In this document: positions 1 to 8,800 of the stretch, in pieces | How positions within the stretch are numbered: position 1 is the stretch's first letter | How the letters are laid out: each line of letters starts with the position of its first letter | Virus record (IMG/VR): IMGVR_UViG_3300021142_000002 | Span: 156,367-220,366 of that record | Reading direction: 5' to 3' (one strand) | Length of the DNA: 64,000 nucleotides | The notes under the pieces: generated by a model | Databases searched by the model: none | Told to the model about the DNA's origin: nothing | Seen by the model: the letters and a program-made list of their open reading frames with translations, nothing else | Made by a program: the position numbers and the translations under genes

Positions 1-166
1 TTGGTGTACGACAATGGATTTTACAATCCCAGCGTTTAATACCGTATCTATCTTCATAACTAGATACTCTGTATTTGTGTAAACCAGCTCTGCACAGTAA
101 ATTAAACCATTTAATGTTTCCTGGCTTAATTACCTCGAACTTCCTGTTGGTTGATAAATCTGCCAT
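1..166 (-). CDS. partial small hypothetical protein, runs off window start (MADLSTNRKFEVIKPGNIKWFNLLCRAGLHKY...)
   Basis: Manually read open frame from ATG at 166 to position 1, overlapping the dcd 3' end; the start is uncertain. Confidence 0.35.
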   Translation of the reverse strand, partial: MADLSTNRKFEVIKPGNIKWFNLLCRAGLHKYRVSSYEDRYGIKRWDCKIHCRTP

Positions 167-650
167 TGTAGCCCTCCACCTCTTCATGTTCCATGAACAT
201 TAATTTACCAATATTCATTCCATCATAAAATCTTAAGTTATGATACTGTGCCGCATTCATTAATTCTAATACTAATTTACCAGACCATCCTGGCTGAATT
301 AAAATAGCCGCACCATGATCACTACCGCAGCGCCCAAGACTACTATCTAGATAAAAGAATCCAGTAATGTTATTTGGAAGACTAATAGTCTCCTTTAATC
401 CACCTAAAGCAAATTGATTTGGTTTTAGAATCAGATTTTCTTTAAACAAATCAAATTCTGTTAACTGTAGTTTATCTTTTCCTGGAATAATAGTTTGATG
501 AAAGATATCAGGTACAGTTTCTAAATAGATTAAACTATCTAATCTAACATCAACATGTACTGATTTTACTGCATTAGTATCTAATGGTAAACCAGTTACT
601 AAACCAGTATCGACTAAGTTCTTTAATTTCTTTCCAACTATTAAACTCAC
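126..650 (-). CDS. dcd: dCTP deaminase (trimeric dUTPase-like fold)
   Basis: Motifs VDVRL, ETISLP, SSLGRCG, IQPGWSGKLVLEL, GMNIGKLMF match the dCTP deaminase family. Confidence 0.85.
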   Translation of the reverse strand: MSLIVGKKLKNLVDTGLVTGLPLDTNAVKSVHVDVRLDSLIYLETVPDIFHQTIIPGKDKLQLTEFDLFKENLILKPNQFALGGLKETISLPNNITGFFYLDSSLGRCGSDHGAAILIQPGWSGKLVLELMNAAQYHNLRFYDGMNIGKLMFMEHEEVEGYNGRFINQQEVRGN

Positions 651-1441
651 TATTTTTTCTCCGCGTTAACATACTTCATTTTTGTATGTGGTTTTTCACT
701 TTCAAAGTTATACAGAATACTTACCATATCTTCATTGGTAACAATAATGTTAGTCAAATCTTTAGGTATGTAATTGAGTATTTTTAATACTCCATTAATC
801 ATATCCAAATCTAATTCCTTTCTGGATACTAATTCATCTAGTAACCTATCTTGATAAGTTAAATAGTTATCAATGTGTTTATAAATATCATAACAATCTA
901 TTGCCTTTGGTGATAAATTATTAAAATTAGCCACTAAAGATCTGCCTAGTCGTACTAAATTCCATGTATTATTAGACATTGTCCCATAGGGAATAGCGGT
1001 AGTGCTAAAGATAGCCTTTCTAAGGCAATGTAATTGCGCTGGCATCATTTTTCTGATAATGTTACGATACACTATCTCGGCCATTAAAAGCTCTCTAGTA
1101 GACACTGGGTAAGCTTCTATGGCATGATCCATTACTATCTTTAATTGAGGATAATAATCTGGCAATGTAAATCCATCTTTACCAATATCTACAGATAAAG
1201 ATAATATTTCGCCTCGCAATATCCCTAAACGATTAAGTACCTTATTTGCAAATACTTTTCTATCAGGAAAGCATAAATGATACGCTTCAATAATAGCTTC
1301 ATTAGATACAGTATAACCTTCTTTTAGACTCTTTACAATGCTTTCAGCTTCTTGTGGAATCTCTTTATTCTTTTTAGCAAGAACCCCTACTGCAGCTATT
1401 AGTTTCCATCTAGCGACATTTGTTTTAACACTGGTTTTCAT
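650..1441 (-). CDS. hypothetical protein
   Basis: 263-aa ORF overlapping both neighbours in an operon-like arrangement; no motif recognised. Confidence 0.7.
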   Translation of the reverse strand: MKTSVKTNVARWKLIAAVGVLAKKNKEIPQEAESIVKSLKEGYTVSNEAIIEAYHLCFPDRKVFANKVLNRLGILRGEILSLSVDIGKDGFTLPDYYPQLKIVMDHAIEAYPVSTRELLMAEIVYRNIIRKMMPAQLHCLRKAIFSTTAIPYGTMSNNTWNLVRLGRSLVANFNNLSPKAIDCYDIYKHIDNYLTYQDRLLDELVSRKELDLDMINGVLKILNYIPKDLTNIIVTNEDMVSILYNFESEKPHTKMKYVNAEKK

Positions 1442-1728
1442 TTGTTTCTCCTAACGATAAAAATTGAACTCGGATAACAATCTCTTATCCAAGATAAATA
1501 AGTTTCTTTATTAGTTCTAAGGTCAATAATCATTTTAGAACTTTTATTAGTTTTAATAGTAAAGAAAAAACCTTCTTTATGAAGATTATCTACCATTAAA
1601 TATAGTTTTAGAATAGCTCTCCCTCGTTTTAAAATAGTTTGTCTATCCTTTGGCAAACTATCTATTTGCTTAATTAAAGAAACTTGCTTAATGAGTTCCT
1701 TAGCAATTAACCCTGTATTAACAGACAT
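1438..1728 (-). CDS. small protein, possible ribbon-helix-helix-like DNA-binding protein
   Basis: LIKQIDSL..DRQTILKRGRAILKLY..GFFFTI resembles the neighbouring ORF and CopG-like proteins; pattern inference only. Confidence 0.4.
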   Translation of the reverse strand: MSVNTGLIAKELIKQVSLIKQIDSLPKDRQTILKRGRAILKLYLMVDNLHKEGFFFTIKTNKSSKMIIDLRTNKETYLSWIRDCYPSSIFIVRRNK

Positions 1729-2011
1729 TACTATTAATTTTCCTTTTAAAGATCTCTGCTTCTTTAACTACATCTCCTTTATGTAATTTAATAGACCACC
1801 CATTTTCTTGACATCTATAAAGATAAATGGCTATTTTAATACATCGGCTAATAATAGATGCTCTATTAGGATAGGTAGCTTTTGGATCTTGCTTTTGTAG
1901 GCTTAGCATAAATCCATCTAAGGTATCTATTAATTTTGGATCTTTAAAACAGACATCTACTCTGTGCCTATTCCTTTCTAATCCTTTATTTTCTATTGCT
2001 CTTAGTCCCAT
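1718..2011 (-). CDS. putative ribbon-helix-helix (CopG/Arc-like) DNA-binding protein
   Basis: Beta-strand RVDVCF, helix PKLIDTLDGF, then NRASIISRCIKIA helix; AGGAG RBS upstream. Confidence 0.5.
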   Translation of the reverse strand: MGLRAIENKGLERNRHRVDVCFKDPKLIDTLDGFMLSLQKQDPKATYPNRASIISRCIKIAIYLYRCQENGWSIKLHKGDVVKEAEIFKRKINSNVC

Positions 2012-2042
2012 TATTATTCTCCTAAATTTTTACAAATAAAAA

Positions 2043-2070
2043 AGAGATAGCAGGATATCCTGCTATCTCT
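2043..2070. terminator. 28-bp perfect palindrome, probable intrinsic terminator
   Basis: AGAGATAGCAGGAT|ATCCTGCTATCTCT; A-run on the + side gives a U-tract on the minus strand. Confidence 0.7.
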
Positions 2071-2079
2071 AGTTATTAC

Positions 2080-2373
2080 TTATTTAAAGTTTTTCTTATT
2101 ATAATGTTCACCCTCAATGTCTTCAATTACTGATAGTTTAGAAATATCACATTTCTGCGCATACAGCTGAATACTGTCTTCAGTTTCAGTCTTTACTTCA
2201 ACTGACCCATGATACACAACTTTAAATACCATTGTTTTGCTTTCAGTCATAAATCGGTTTACTACTTTACCGATAGCGCCTAAATGCTTAGTTTCTAGAG
2301 ATATTACAGTATCTCCAATATCAAATCTAAAGTCCTTGAAGAACTCCTCATGATTAAGACTCTTAATTTTCAT
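2080..2373 (-). CDS. hypothetical protein (possible SH3/KOW-like fold)
   Basis: GAGGAG RBS; F.IGD.V...G.V pattern. Confidence 0.6.
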   Translation of the reverse strand: MKIKSLNHEEFFKDFRFDIGDTVISLETKHLGAIGKVVNRFMTESKTMVFKVVYHGSVEVKTETEDSIQLYAQKCDISKLSVIEDIEGEHYNKKNFK

Positions 2374-2448
2374 TGTTCTCCTCGTAAATTCTATCCATTT
2401 TGCCTCTCCTTTATTGGATTAAAGGTGTTAGTTATTAACACCTAATAG

Positions 2449-2466
2449 ATAATATAAATATTAAAA
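2449..2466 (-). promoter_or_regulatory. putative early promoter (TTTnA-N4-TATATTAT)
   Basis: Minus strand TTTTAATATTTATATTAT resembles the phiKZ early consensus TATATTAC; followed by a hairpin at 2423-2443. Confidence 0.6.
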
Positions 2467-2499
2467 AATATAGAATAATAAAAAAAAATAAAAAATGAT

Positions 2500-2535
2500 G
2501 TATGGAAATGAGAGCTATAGCTCTCATTTCCATAC
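2500..2535. terminator. 36-bp perfect palindrome, terminator downstream of 2543..3049
   Basis: GTATGGAAATGAGAGCTA|TAGCTCTCATTTCCATAC followed by a U-tract on the minus strand. Confidence 0.75.
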
Positions 2536-2542
2536 GATTGGA

Positions 2543-3049
2543 CTATGCCGTCCAATCGTTATCATCTTCTTTAACCTGATCTTCCTCCTCCACTGGGAAG
2601 ATCAGGTCCCAGTGGGGTTCTTCAAGTAATACTGGGCGTGGCTTTGTCACGTATTCGCAGTCGCTTAATGCGACTATTCCGGTCCATTGACCGGATTCCC
2701 CCCGGTAATCGGGGTCAGTATACTTCCCCATAACAATGGGGTGACGGCCATCGTCATGGTCATTTTTGCACATTGTGACTCCCTTCACAATGAACTTATG
2801 CCCCTTGGGGCAATATAACATCTGTCCCTCAAAGGCCGTTAGAGACCATATGGCCTCTATGTCTCTTAATAGATCTAAAATTGGTTGCAACTGCCCTTCT
2901 GGGCAGCTGAAAGCAGCGGATATTACTATCCGCTGCATGTTCTCTATATAGAGCAGCATCCATCTGGGGGTGCTCTCTTCCTCATACTCGTGCGAGTATG
3001 TGGCAACAAACTCATTAACCATTTGCATCAAAATTTCAAAAATGTTCAT
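2543..3049 (-). CDS. orphan early protein with atypically high GC
   Basis: 168-aa ORF starting directly from repeat cassette copy 1; visibly more GC-rich than its flanks; acidic C-terminus. Confidence 0.75.
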   Translation of the reverse strand: MNIFEILMQMVNEFVATYSHEYEEESTPRWMLLYIENMQRIVISAAFSCPEGQLQPILDLLRDIEAIWSLTAFEGQMLYCPKGHKFIVKGVTMCKNDHDDGRHPIVMGKYTDPDYRGESGQWTGIVALSDCEYVTKPRPVLLEEPHWDLIFPVEEEDQVKEDDNDWTA

Positions 3050-3154
3050 ATCAAATCTCCTGCCTCTATGAGGACTTTAAAAGTTATAGTAAGTTGGATT
3101 ACTTATATAAGTTAATCCATTAAAATAATATATACATGAAATTTTTTTTTGAAT
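3045..3154 (-). repeat. promoter-hairpin-RBS cassette, copy 1 (direct repeat of 33609..33717)
   Basis: Manual alignment: identical to copy 2 except one extra T in a homopolymer; contains TATATTAT (3125-3132), a hairpin (3096-3118), AGGAG and the ATG. Confidence 0.95.
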
Positions 3155-3182
3155 CCATTTTTAGATAAAAAAAAAGAAATAA

Positions 3183-3220
3183 TATACAGGGATGAGGATT
3201 ATAATCCTCATCCCTGTATA
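3183..3220. terminator. 38-bp perfect palindrome terminator
   Basis: TATACAGGGATGAGGATTA|TAATCCTCATCCCTGTATA downstream of the holin-like gene. Confidence 0.75.
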
Positions 3221-3233
3221 ATTAATTAAATTA

Positions 3234-3515
3234 TTATTTTACATCAGCACTATTATCTGCAGGTACGGTAGTATCAGTTACTGCAGGAGTGGGTTCTGTC
3301 GATTCTTTAATTTTCAGGCCAGCACCGACTGCAGTTAAGAATGCGCCTGCTGCGCCTAAAAAGTTCCATACGTCAAAATGTTGACTAGTATAAACATTGT
3401 AGCCTTCATAAATGATCGCTGCAAAGGAAAACAATAAAGCCAACCACTTTACTAGGTCATGTGTTTCATTATCTTTGCCAGTTAATATATGGCTAATTGG
3501 ATGATTTTTATCCAT
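3234..3515 (-). CDS. putative holin-like two-TM membrane protein
   Basis: Two hydrophobic segments; LTGKDNETHD and GAAGAFLTAVGAGL..K pattern recalled from small prophage lysis-associated proteins. Confidence 0.5.
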   Translation of the reverse strand: MDKNHPISHILTGKDNETHDLVKWLALLFSFAAIIYEGYNVYTSQHFDVWNFLGAAGAFLTAVGAGLKIKESTEPTPAVTDTTVPADNSADVK

Positions 3516-3524
3516 AATTAATTC

Positions 3525-4247
3525 CTATTGTCTTAAGATGTCTTCAATAGATTCATTTCTTTCACTCTTATTAACTAAGGCTGATGTTAAACCTTCATTA
3601 AAATGAGCACCTAGTAACTTAGCAGTGGTATTACTACTTTGATAAGCTACGGATTTTAATGGTACAAAGATAGGTTTAATTTTGCTATGAGGATCATTAA
3701 GTCTTGGATCGTGTCTAAAGAATTTAGCCCTATCTTCTTTTTGTCTGCACATAGCCACAGTTAATAATTCTAGTAGTGCAGCATCAGCACCTAATTTAGC
3801 ATTACCATGACTTAATGCAGTTTCAAATAAAACTGCATGATCTTCCATAGTAATGTACCAAGGCACTTTACCTTTAGAAATAATCTCATTATAAATACGA
3901 TATACTAAGGTACCAATTCTAATGAGATTAAGATTCTTAATAATGGTATCGCCTGCAATAAAACCAAACTCTAAATATTTCTCACCATGGATATCCACTG
4001 TATTGGTAGTACTTGGTTTAATTTCCATTAAGGTACAAGCATTACTAGTTGCATAATACTTGTCATCAACCGTCATACCGAAGATACCTACAATTCTAAT
4101 AACATCATCAATGGTACATAGACTAGCACTTGTATAATGTTCAGGAATATATATCTTACAAGGATGAACAGCTACTAATGAATCACCTACTTCTTTACAA
4201 GCAGCATGAACTTTAGCAGCATCTCGAATTAAGTGATTAACATTCAT
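3525..4247 (-). CDS. putative small vRNAP subunit (phiKZ gp176-like, beta' C-terminal part)
   Basis: Synteny downstream of the gp178/gp177-like genes; C-terminal SNTTAKLLGAHFNEGLTSALV resembles the beta' C-terminus; homology recalled, not computed. Confidence 0.55.
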   Translation of the reverse strand: MNVNHLIRDAAKVHAACKEVGDSLVAVHPCKIYIPEHYTSASLCTIDDVIRIVGIFGMTVDDKYYATSNACTLMEIKPSTTNTVDIHGEKYLEFGFIAGDTIIKNLNLIRIGTLVYRIYNEIISKGKVPWYITMEDHAVLFETALSHGNAKLGADAALLELLTVAMCRQKEDRAKFFRHDPRLNDPHSKIKPIFVPLKSVAYQSSNTTAKLLGAHFNEGLTSALVNKSERNESIEDILRQ

Positions 4248-4250
4248 CGT

Positions 4251-5630
4251 TTATACCGACATACTTACAATCTGTGATTTTAACCATCTAGCAATTAATC
4301 TAATGCACGCAATGTATAAGGCATAATCTAGATCAGGCTCTTTCATTTCATGTAAGATATTATCAATTTCTAATAAAATATCTTTTACATCAGATCCTTC
4401 AGTTAATGTTCTAGAAACTACTTTAATAACATATTGTACTAGATATTTAGCACCATGATATTCATGCTCTAATGCAGCAGTTAATCTTAATTGCATGGCA
4501 GCTTTATCAACACCTTCCATACCCATAATTAGTGTAGCCATGTAATCTCTGGTTACACGTCTTACTAGAGTAATATCTTCCAGTGTTTCTTTAGCCTTTA
4601 ATTGATTAATTTTCATGGTATAGATATCTGAATACTTTTCTGGATTATTTCTTAAATCCAGATCTCTATCTATAGCTGATGTATTGCCATGGGTAGATAA
4701 GAAACCTAAAGCAGCTTCAGGACTACCGCCTTTGTTTTGAATCCATTCTCTGTAGTTTGGACCATAAACCATTAGGCAATTGCGAGCTAAGTAATCAGTA
4801 TCGTTAAAACTTACTTTAGCTAAGATTTCACCATTAGAAATAGATCTATCATAAGCTAGTGTATCTCTATAGATCTTACCGGCAATAGCAGCTCGCAGTT
4901 TAGCGACCAATGCTCTTAAAGCAGTATCTTCCATTAAAGCTGAACACTTATCAGTTTTTTCATTTTGTATTCCAGTTAATAATAGGAAATACAAAATAGA
5001 TCTAGGCAGGCTTAACTGCGCCGTATCAATAGCATCTGGAATCGTTCTAGCTTCAGAGATAATATCTTTAAGATACTCAGTCGCCTTAGCGTCCAGTAAG
5101 TTAGAGCCTGTTTTAATTAGATCTTCAATTTCAGCTGAGGTAAAATCTTCAGCTAATCTTTTTGATAATTCATAACATTCAGACGATACAAAAGGAATAG
5201 TATCTTTATAAGGATCTAATAACTGAGTAAATAATTCATCAGTTAAAATACTAGGCATTTCAATTAACTTAATATTGCCCAGTAACCCTACGCTAGCTAA
5301 AGCACTTTCTTTTCTAACCTCTTCAACTTCTTTAACAATTGCTCTGCAATGGGGGTTGACTACATTCTTTGCTGTATCAATAATGTTTCCCATCACAATA
5401 GCAATCTTTTTAACACAGGCGGTTTCATAACCTGAATGTGTACCAAATGTATTATTGCCTTCAATTGATAAATCCATAATCCTTTCATCAGTCCCTGTAT
5501 CATTAATACAAGTTAATGTTTTAAAGATAAGATCTAATGCTGAGGCTTGTACCGGCATCAGTGCTTTACCACTATAAGTAGCTGCACTGACAATATGACT
5601 TGTTTCATTTAAAACCTTTCTGGTAATCAT
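4251..5630 (-). CDS. virion/internal head protein (phiKZ gp177-like)
   Basis: 459 aa, helical; position between vRNAP beta and the gp176-like gene. Confidence 0.5.
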   Translation of the reverse strand: MITRKVLNETSHIVSAATYSGKALMPVQASALDLIFKTLTCINDTGTDERIMDLSIEGNNTFGTHSGYETACVKKIAIVMGNIIDTAKNVVNPHCRAIVKEVEEVRKESALASVGLLGNIKLIEMPSILTDELFTQLLDPYKDTIPFVSSECYELSKRLAEDFTSAEIEDLIKTGSNLLDAKATEYLKDIISEARTIPDAIDTAQLSLPRSILYFLLLTGIQNEKTDKCSALMEDTALRALVAKLRAAIAGKIYRDTLAYDRSISNGEILAKVSFNDTDYLARNCLMVYGPNYREWIQNKGGSPEAALGFLSTHGNTSAIDRDLDLRNNPEKYSDIYTMKINQLKAKETLEDITLVRRVTRDYMATLIMGMEGVDKAAMQLRLTAALEHEYHGAKYLVQYVIKVVSRTLTEGSDVKDILLEIDNILHEMKEPDLDYALYIACIRLIARWLKSQIVSMSV

Positions 5631-5643
5631 TAGTATACTCCTT

Positions 5644-5847
5644 TTAAACAGCTAGTTCAGATAATAAAGCAGCGGCTACTAATTCTTCAGTTTCACTTTC
5701 TGCTAAAGGAGATTTACCTATTTTATCACCAATCATTTCTTTTAAAATAGCAGTCCCTAATGAGACTGCACAAGCGATTGTTTTCTTAGTAATGATTTGT
5801 TTTTCTGGTAACTTTTCTTCTACTACTAAATTTAGATCATCCATCAT
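5644..5847 (-). CDS. small hypothetical protein
   Basis: 67-aa ORF abutting the stop of the spliced vRNAP beta gene. Confidence 0.6.
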   Translation of the reverse strand: MMDDLNLVVEEKLPEKQIITKKTIACAVSLGTAILKEMIGDKIGKSPLAESETEELVAAALLSELAV

Positions 5848-8800
5848 TTATCCTCTTTTATATTTTAAACCCATTTGTTTAGAAAGCTCTTTTAGTACGG
5901 TATTCATAACACCCATAATTTCTGGAGAAACTACGATACGTGCAGCAACGGCATAAAATCCAAATAAAGCATCGACTTTAATGCCATTTCTAGCAATAAT
6001 GGGTGAGGTAGAAACTCGGCTAATAGTAGATTTTAACTGATTAGCAAACACGACTTTCCTTTTTGTTCCATTAATTCGTTAGATTAATGCGGTGTGCAAA
6101 GACACCCGCCCTTACTTTCATAAGGGAGCAGATCATATCATCCACCTATTTGTAGGTGGTTTCCCATTTCTTCCCACTTGGGGTCTACAGGGTGGTAAGC
6201 CCTTGATCGTTGAACGTTCTCCATGTATTCTAATGAATATTTAGGAGCTTCGCTGCTGATTGCCCAATCTTTATTATTTTTAAACATTCATATTTCTTTT
6301 CAAAAATACAGTAGTTAATAAAGCTCTAAGGGATTTCCAGCAATTAAGGAAAAACGAATATAATATTACTATTATACCGGACTAATTATTTAATTAAACA
6401 ACTCTTCAATGATCCAGCCATTATATGGCATTTTATAATGTAATCTATTTTTAAGGGTCTTTTTATCTAAACCTAAATATTTACGTAATGTTGCCGAGCT
6501 ATTGAATTTTAAAATTTCATTATCTTTTATGTTAGTTATAATAAAATTTCTGGGAACAGAATGTTTAACTGTATAAAAGTTATCTAACCATTCTTTATCA
6601 CTTTTAGATCTAAAAATAAAATTACCAATAGCAGTTTGCCGTTCAGAATAAACAGCTTTACGTACCATTGAAATATCAGTATTTGTTATTTTAGCCAGAG
6701 TGGTTGCATGTTCTGCATGTATTATTTCACCAGTTTCAATATTTTTAGCTTCATATCCGTTTGTATTCTCAATTATTTGATTTCGTTTTTCTGGTGTAGT
6801 GTAATACCATTCTGTAGTGTCATTGATATCTTTAATTTCAAATCTTTTACAGAATAGTCTAGGTATTAAAATGCCATTAATTAATTTCTTAAATGGTCTG
6901 TTATGGAATTTTAATCCAATACTTTTAAACCCAGCAGTGTGAGAATGGTACTCAGTTATAGTATTATTTAAATAATCTCGTATAACACAGCGCTTATTAT
7001 CAGTTCTTAAATTGCTAATAAAGGCATGATTATTATTTTCTCTTGGCGTAACCCATTCCAAATTAATTATACGGTTATCTAATTTATTACCATTTTTATG
7101 ATTAACATAAATTTTGTTACTTATATCGCTATTATATATAAATGCTTTAGCCATCAGCAAATGTGTACATACGGGACGCCATCTATTTTTATCAGGATCC
7201 CTAATATTAACACATGGATATCCATAAGGATTTAGTCTTATACTCATTTCTAAATCTTTATTTTTATATAACGAAATAACTTTACCATTCTTATTTATAG
7301 CAAAATTAGTAAAACCAGGAATTATTCTAAACCCATTCTTATAAAGAATAGGGTTAGTAAAATACATTACCATACCACATCTAACCTTTAATACCCTGCT
7401 AGTTATTGGCATAAATTTTATTTTAACTAATTCATTAAGGGGTAACTTTACATCATAATGGCATAATAAACTAACCCATGTTTTATCCAATTGCACTATT
7501 TCACCAGAAATTTCTATATCAATAAATTGATCGTTTAAAACTATATCTTTTCCCTTAAATCTATAATTTCCATTAATATCAAATGAATGGTCTTCATTAA
7601 GATAAAATTTTTTATACATGTTATTTAACCTATAAATGATTGAATGTGTGTATAAATAATATATATCTTAAAGAAATTTGTGTTTATTAAAAGGAATAAT
7701 CACCGCAATTCATTGGCAGCTCACCATCTATATAGATTTTAATAGCCAATTGATTTTCTACCACTTTCTTACCTGCTATTCGTACCGTCTCATCTATTCG
7801 TCCAGTCTTAGCTTCATCTAATTGATATCGCTTTACACGCTTAGCTCTATTGGAGTCATAATACTCTGCAATCTTTTGCAAACTAAAATGCATATCATCT
7901 ATTTTTCCATAGTAAACCACTTCAATATCAGTTACTTTACCATAGACTTTAGCTTTCGGATTATTAGCGTTAATAGCTGTTAAAGCCTTAATAGCTGCGG
8001 CATCTTTAGCATCCACATTCTCGCCAATAGCCTGCTCTAAAGTACATAATATTGTTTCAGGGTCCACTACATCACCTATTTTTACTAGGTTATGAATGAT
8101 GGTATCAAAGTCTACTATTACCCCGTGCAGAGTCGTTGTAGGCGTTACTAATTTACTAGCCAGTTCACTAGTAATAACTGATCCATCTTCAGTAACATCC
8201 ATATTTTCTACTAAAGCTACTTTACAAATTAAGCTGCCTTTATAGACAACATTTCTAGGATTTATTTCTGATCTTTGAAAGAATCCAGAGTTAAAGACTA
8301 ATGCATCACCTTTTTTAAACTGATGTCCTTTCTTTAAATCACTGATTCTAGTATGAGGTATAGTAACACCCGATACAGTACCATGATAAATACCTAATTC
8401 ATAATTAACCAGTCTATCTTTACCATACTTAACAGTTAAAACATCTTTTTTATTATCTTCTACAATACCATCTTCTTCTGCAGTAACAACAAAGATATCA
8501 TCTGCTTTAGCACCAATGACTTCTTCATAACCTGTTCTATAATGACTAGGATGATATCCATTGCAGGCAACTGTATGACTATCCTGAATGCCTTTATAAT
8601 TTACGCGTTTACTATCATCGTGACTTAATGAAACACCAGCTAGGGTGGTACTACTTAATGCATTAGTGGCCCCATCTTTCTCATGATTAAATTCTCTAGT
8701 AACTCCTCTTAAATTGACAAAGTTAGGATTAGCTGTAAAGTATGCTCTAATACCTACCTTAGCACTATCTGGAGTAGACTCCGATATAACACCTAAATCC

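Larger units (their letters stand above)
6058..7698 (-). mobile_element. group I intron (IA2-like, 1641 nt) with homing endonuclease gene
   Basis: 5' exon ends in U and intron ends in G; P AAUUGCUGGAAA, Q AAUCAGCAGC, R UUCAACGAUCA, S GAUAUGAUCU; P2 hairpin with GUAA loop. Confidence 0.92.

Noticed and set aside
3179-3186. TATATTAT match at the foot of the 3183 palindrome
   Set aside because: It overlaps the terminator stem and U-tract and lacks the upstream element
5848-6051. ORF-track 67-aa gene as an independent CDS
   Set aside because: It is exon 2 of vRNAP beta; AAA GTC precede its GTG and follow the terminal G of the intron
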